The notes under the pieces were generated by a model. The model was not told the origin of the DNA. It was given only the letters and a program-made list of their open reading frames with translations, and ran no database searches. This document shows, one piece after another, positions 62,818-64,000 of a DNA stretch of 64,000 nucleotides (its first letter is position 1; each line of letters starts with the position of its first letter). The stretch is from Pavona decussata. Taxonomy: Eukaryota. The position numbers and the translations under genes are program-made. The DNA lies in the NCBI GenBank assembly GCA_977016875.1, contig CDRNST010000219.1, positions 434,001 through 498,000 of the forward strand. Direction: 5' to 3'.

Positions 62818-64000
62818 CTGTCAGATGGTACAATAACAATAACAATAACAATAACAATACTTTATTTCACCCCATTATTATTACAACAGAAAATATAAAT
62901 ATATACATACAATAGATGATAGGGGTGCTGGCTGCCCGAAATAACCTAAAAGTTAAAAATGCCAGGCAGCCAGCTGTAAGAAAAGATATCTAAATGTTAA
63001 GGTCAGGGACACAAGAACAAAAGCACATAACTACACACAAAAATAAAGTTAAACAGAGTTAAGTAAAGTACCAGTATATTAAAATGACCATAATTCTTAC
63101 GTTGCAAAACAGTATTATTTCTTATCTTAGAATTGCAAAATCGAAATCGAAGTACAGATGTCTAGTAATCAAAGACATTAATACACAATTACTAGTACAC
63201 CAAGGTTAATGCGCATTGTACTAATAACATCAAACAGGGGTCAGGGTTGGCGCAGTGGTGAGAGCGCTCGCTTCCCACTCCCAGGTTCGACCTTCAGGGC
63301 GCATCTACAGACAATTATCAAGGTAATTCAAAATTTTTTGTAGGCTACGTAATGAAAATCCAACAGTTCACACTGCTACAAAGAGCATTAATTAAAAGGA
63401 GTAAATAGGCCAAGTTTGACAATTTATGTTATAAAATAGCGAAGATGTCGTTCCGTAAAGCCAGGAATTATACAGACAATCGTAAGCAAAAATATTTTGA
63501 GACTTAAACGAAAGACTTTAAAAACCTGGCGTATGCGGGCTCCTTAACCTCCCGAAAAACTCTTTTACATTCACAAAATTCATTACCAAAAATTCAATTT
63601 TTGATAATTTTGAAAGCAAAAACATTTAAGTTTCCCAAGATTAAGAAACAACCGGCAATCTTTAGAAATTTAAAGGGACAAGAAAAAAAATTAATACCTT
63701 TCGAAGGCCGAAAGCTTTTCGGGAGCTTTGGGGAACGCATACCTGATCCTTTTACTAGGTGTCAATGCATTTTTATTACCTGTCCTACAAAGCGTGAACA
63801 AAGGATAATTATTACTATTTTCCAACATTTTCCACCCCTCAATGAAGAGGATTATCGGCCGGGCGGTCAACAGGGCACGGTTGTTCGAAAGCCGATTAAC
63901 TTTAATCCACGATTAAAAGTTAACCGAGGTTTTCTGCTCGCTCGTTACAATTGTTTCTAAACTCTAATGTTAAGCTTGTGGTAAAGAAAAGTCAAAGTCA

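Overview
AT-rich, intron-containing animal genomic DNA with three N-gaps. The repeat families and gene structures suggest a cnidarian, probably a stony coral (inference). From left to right: (1) a tandemly duplicated region with two intact ~0.92-kb first exons of a lysosomal alpha-mannosidase (MAN2B1-like, GH38) and a truncated fragment of a third, divergent one, with no second exon between them; (2) a cluster of three divergent FGF ligand genes (two on +, one on -), each with the diagnostic 104-nt middle exon; (3) a single Kazal-domain exon; (4) the last six coding exons of calpain-7, including a GC-AG intron. Intergenic and intronic DNA holds LINE and Penelope fragments, several minimal hammerhead-ribozyme motifs, tRNA-derived SINEs and many MITEs. 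The best candidate for a new system is a UGT1A/protocadherin-like array of alternative first exons, each encoding a signal peptide and the GH38 catalytic domain, predicted to splice onto shared exons left of the window.
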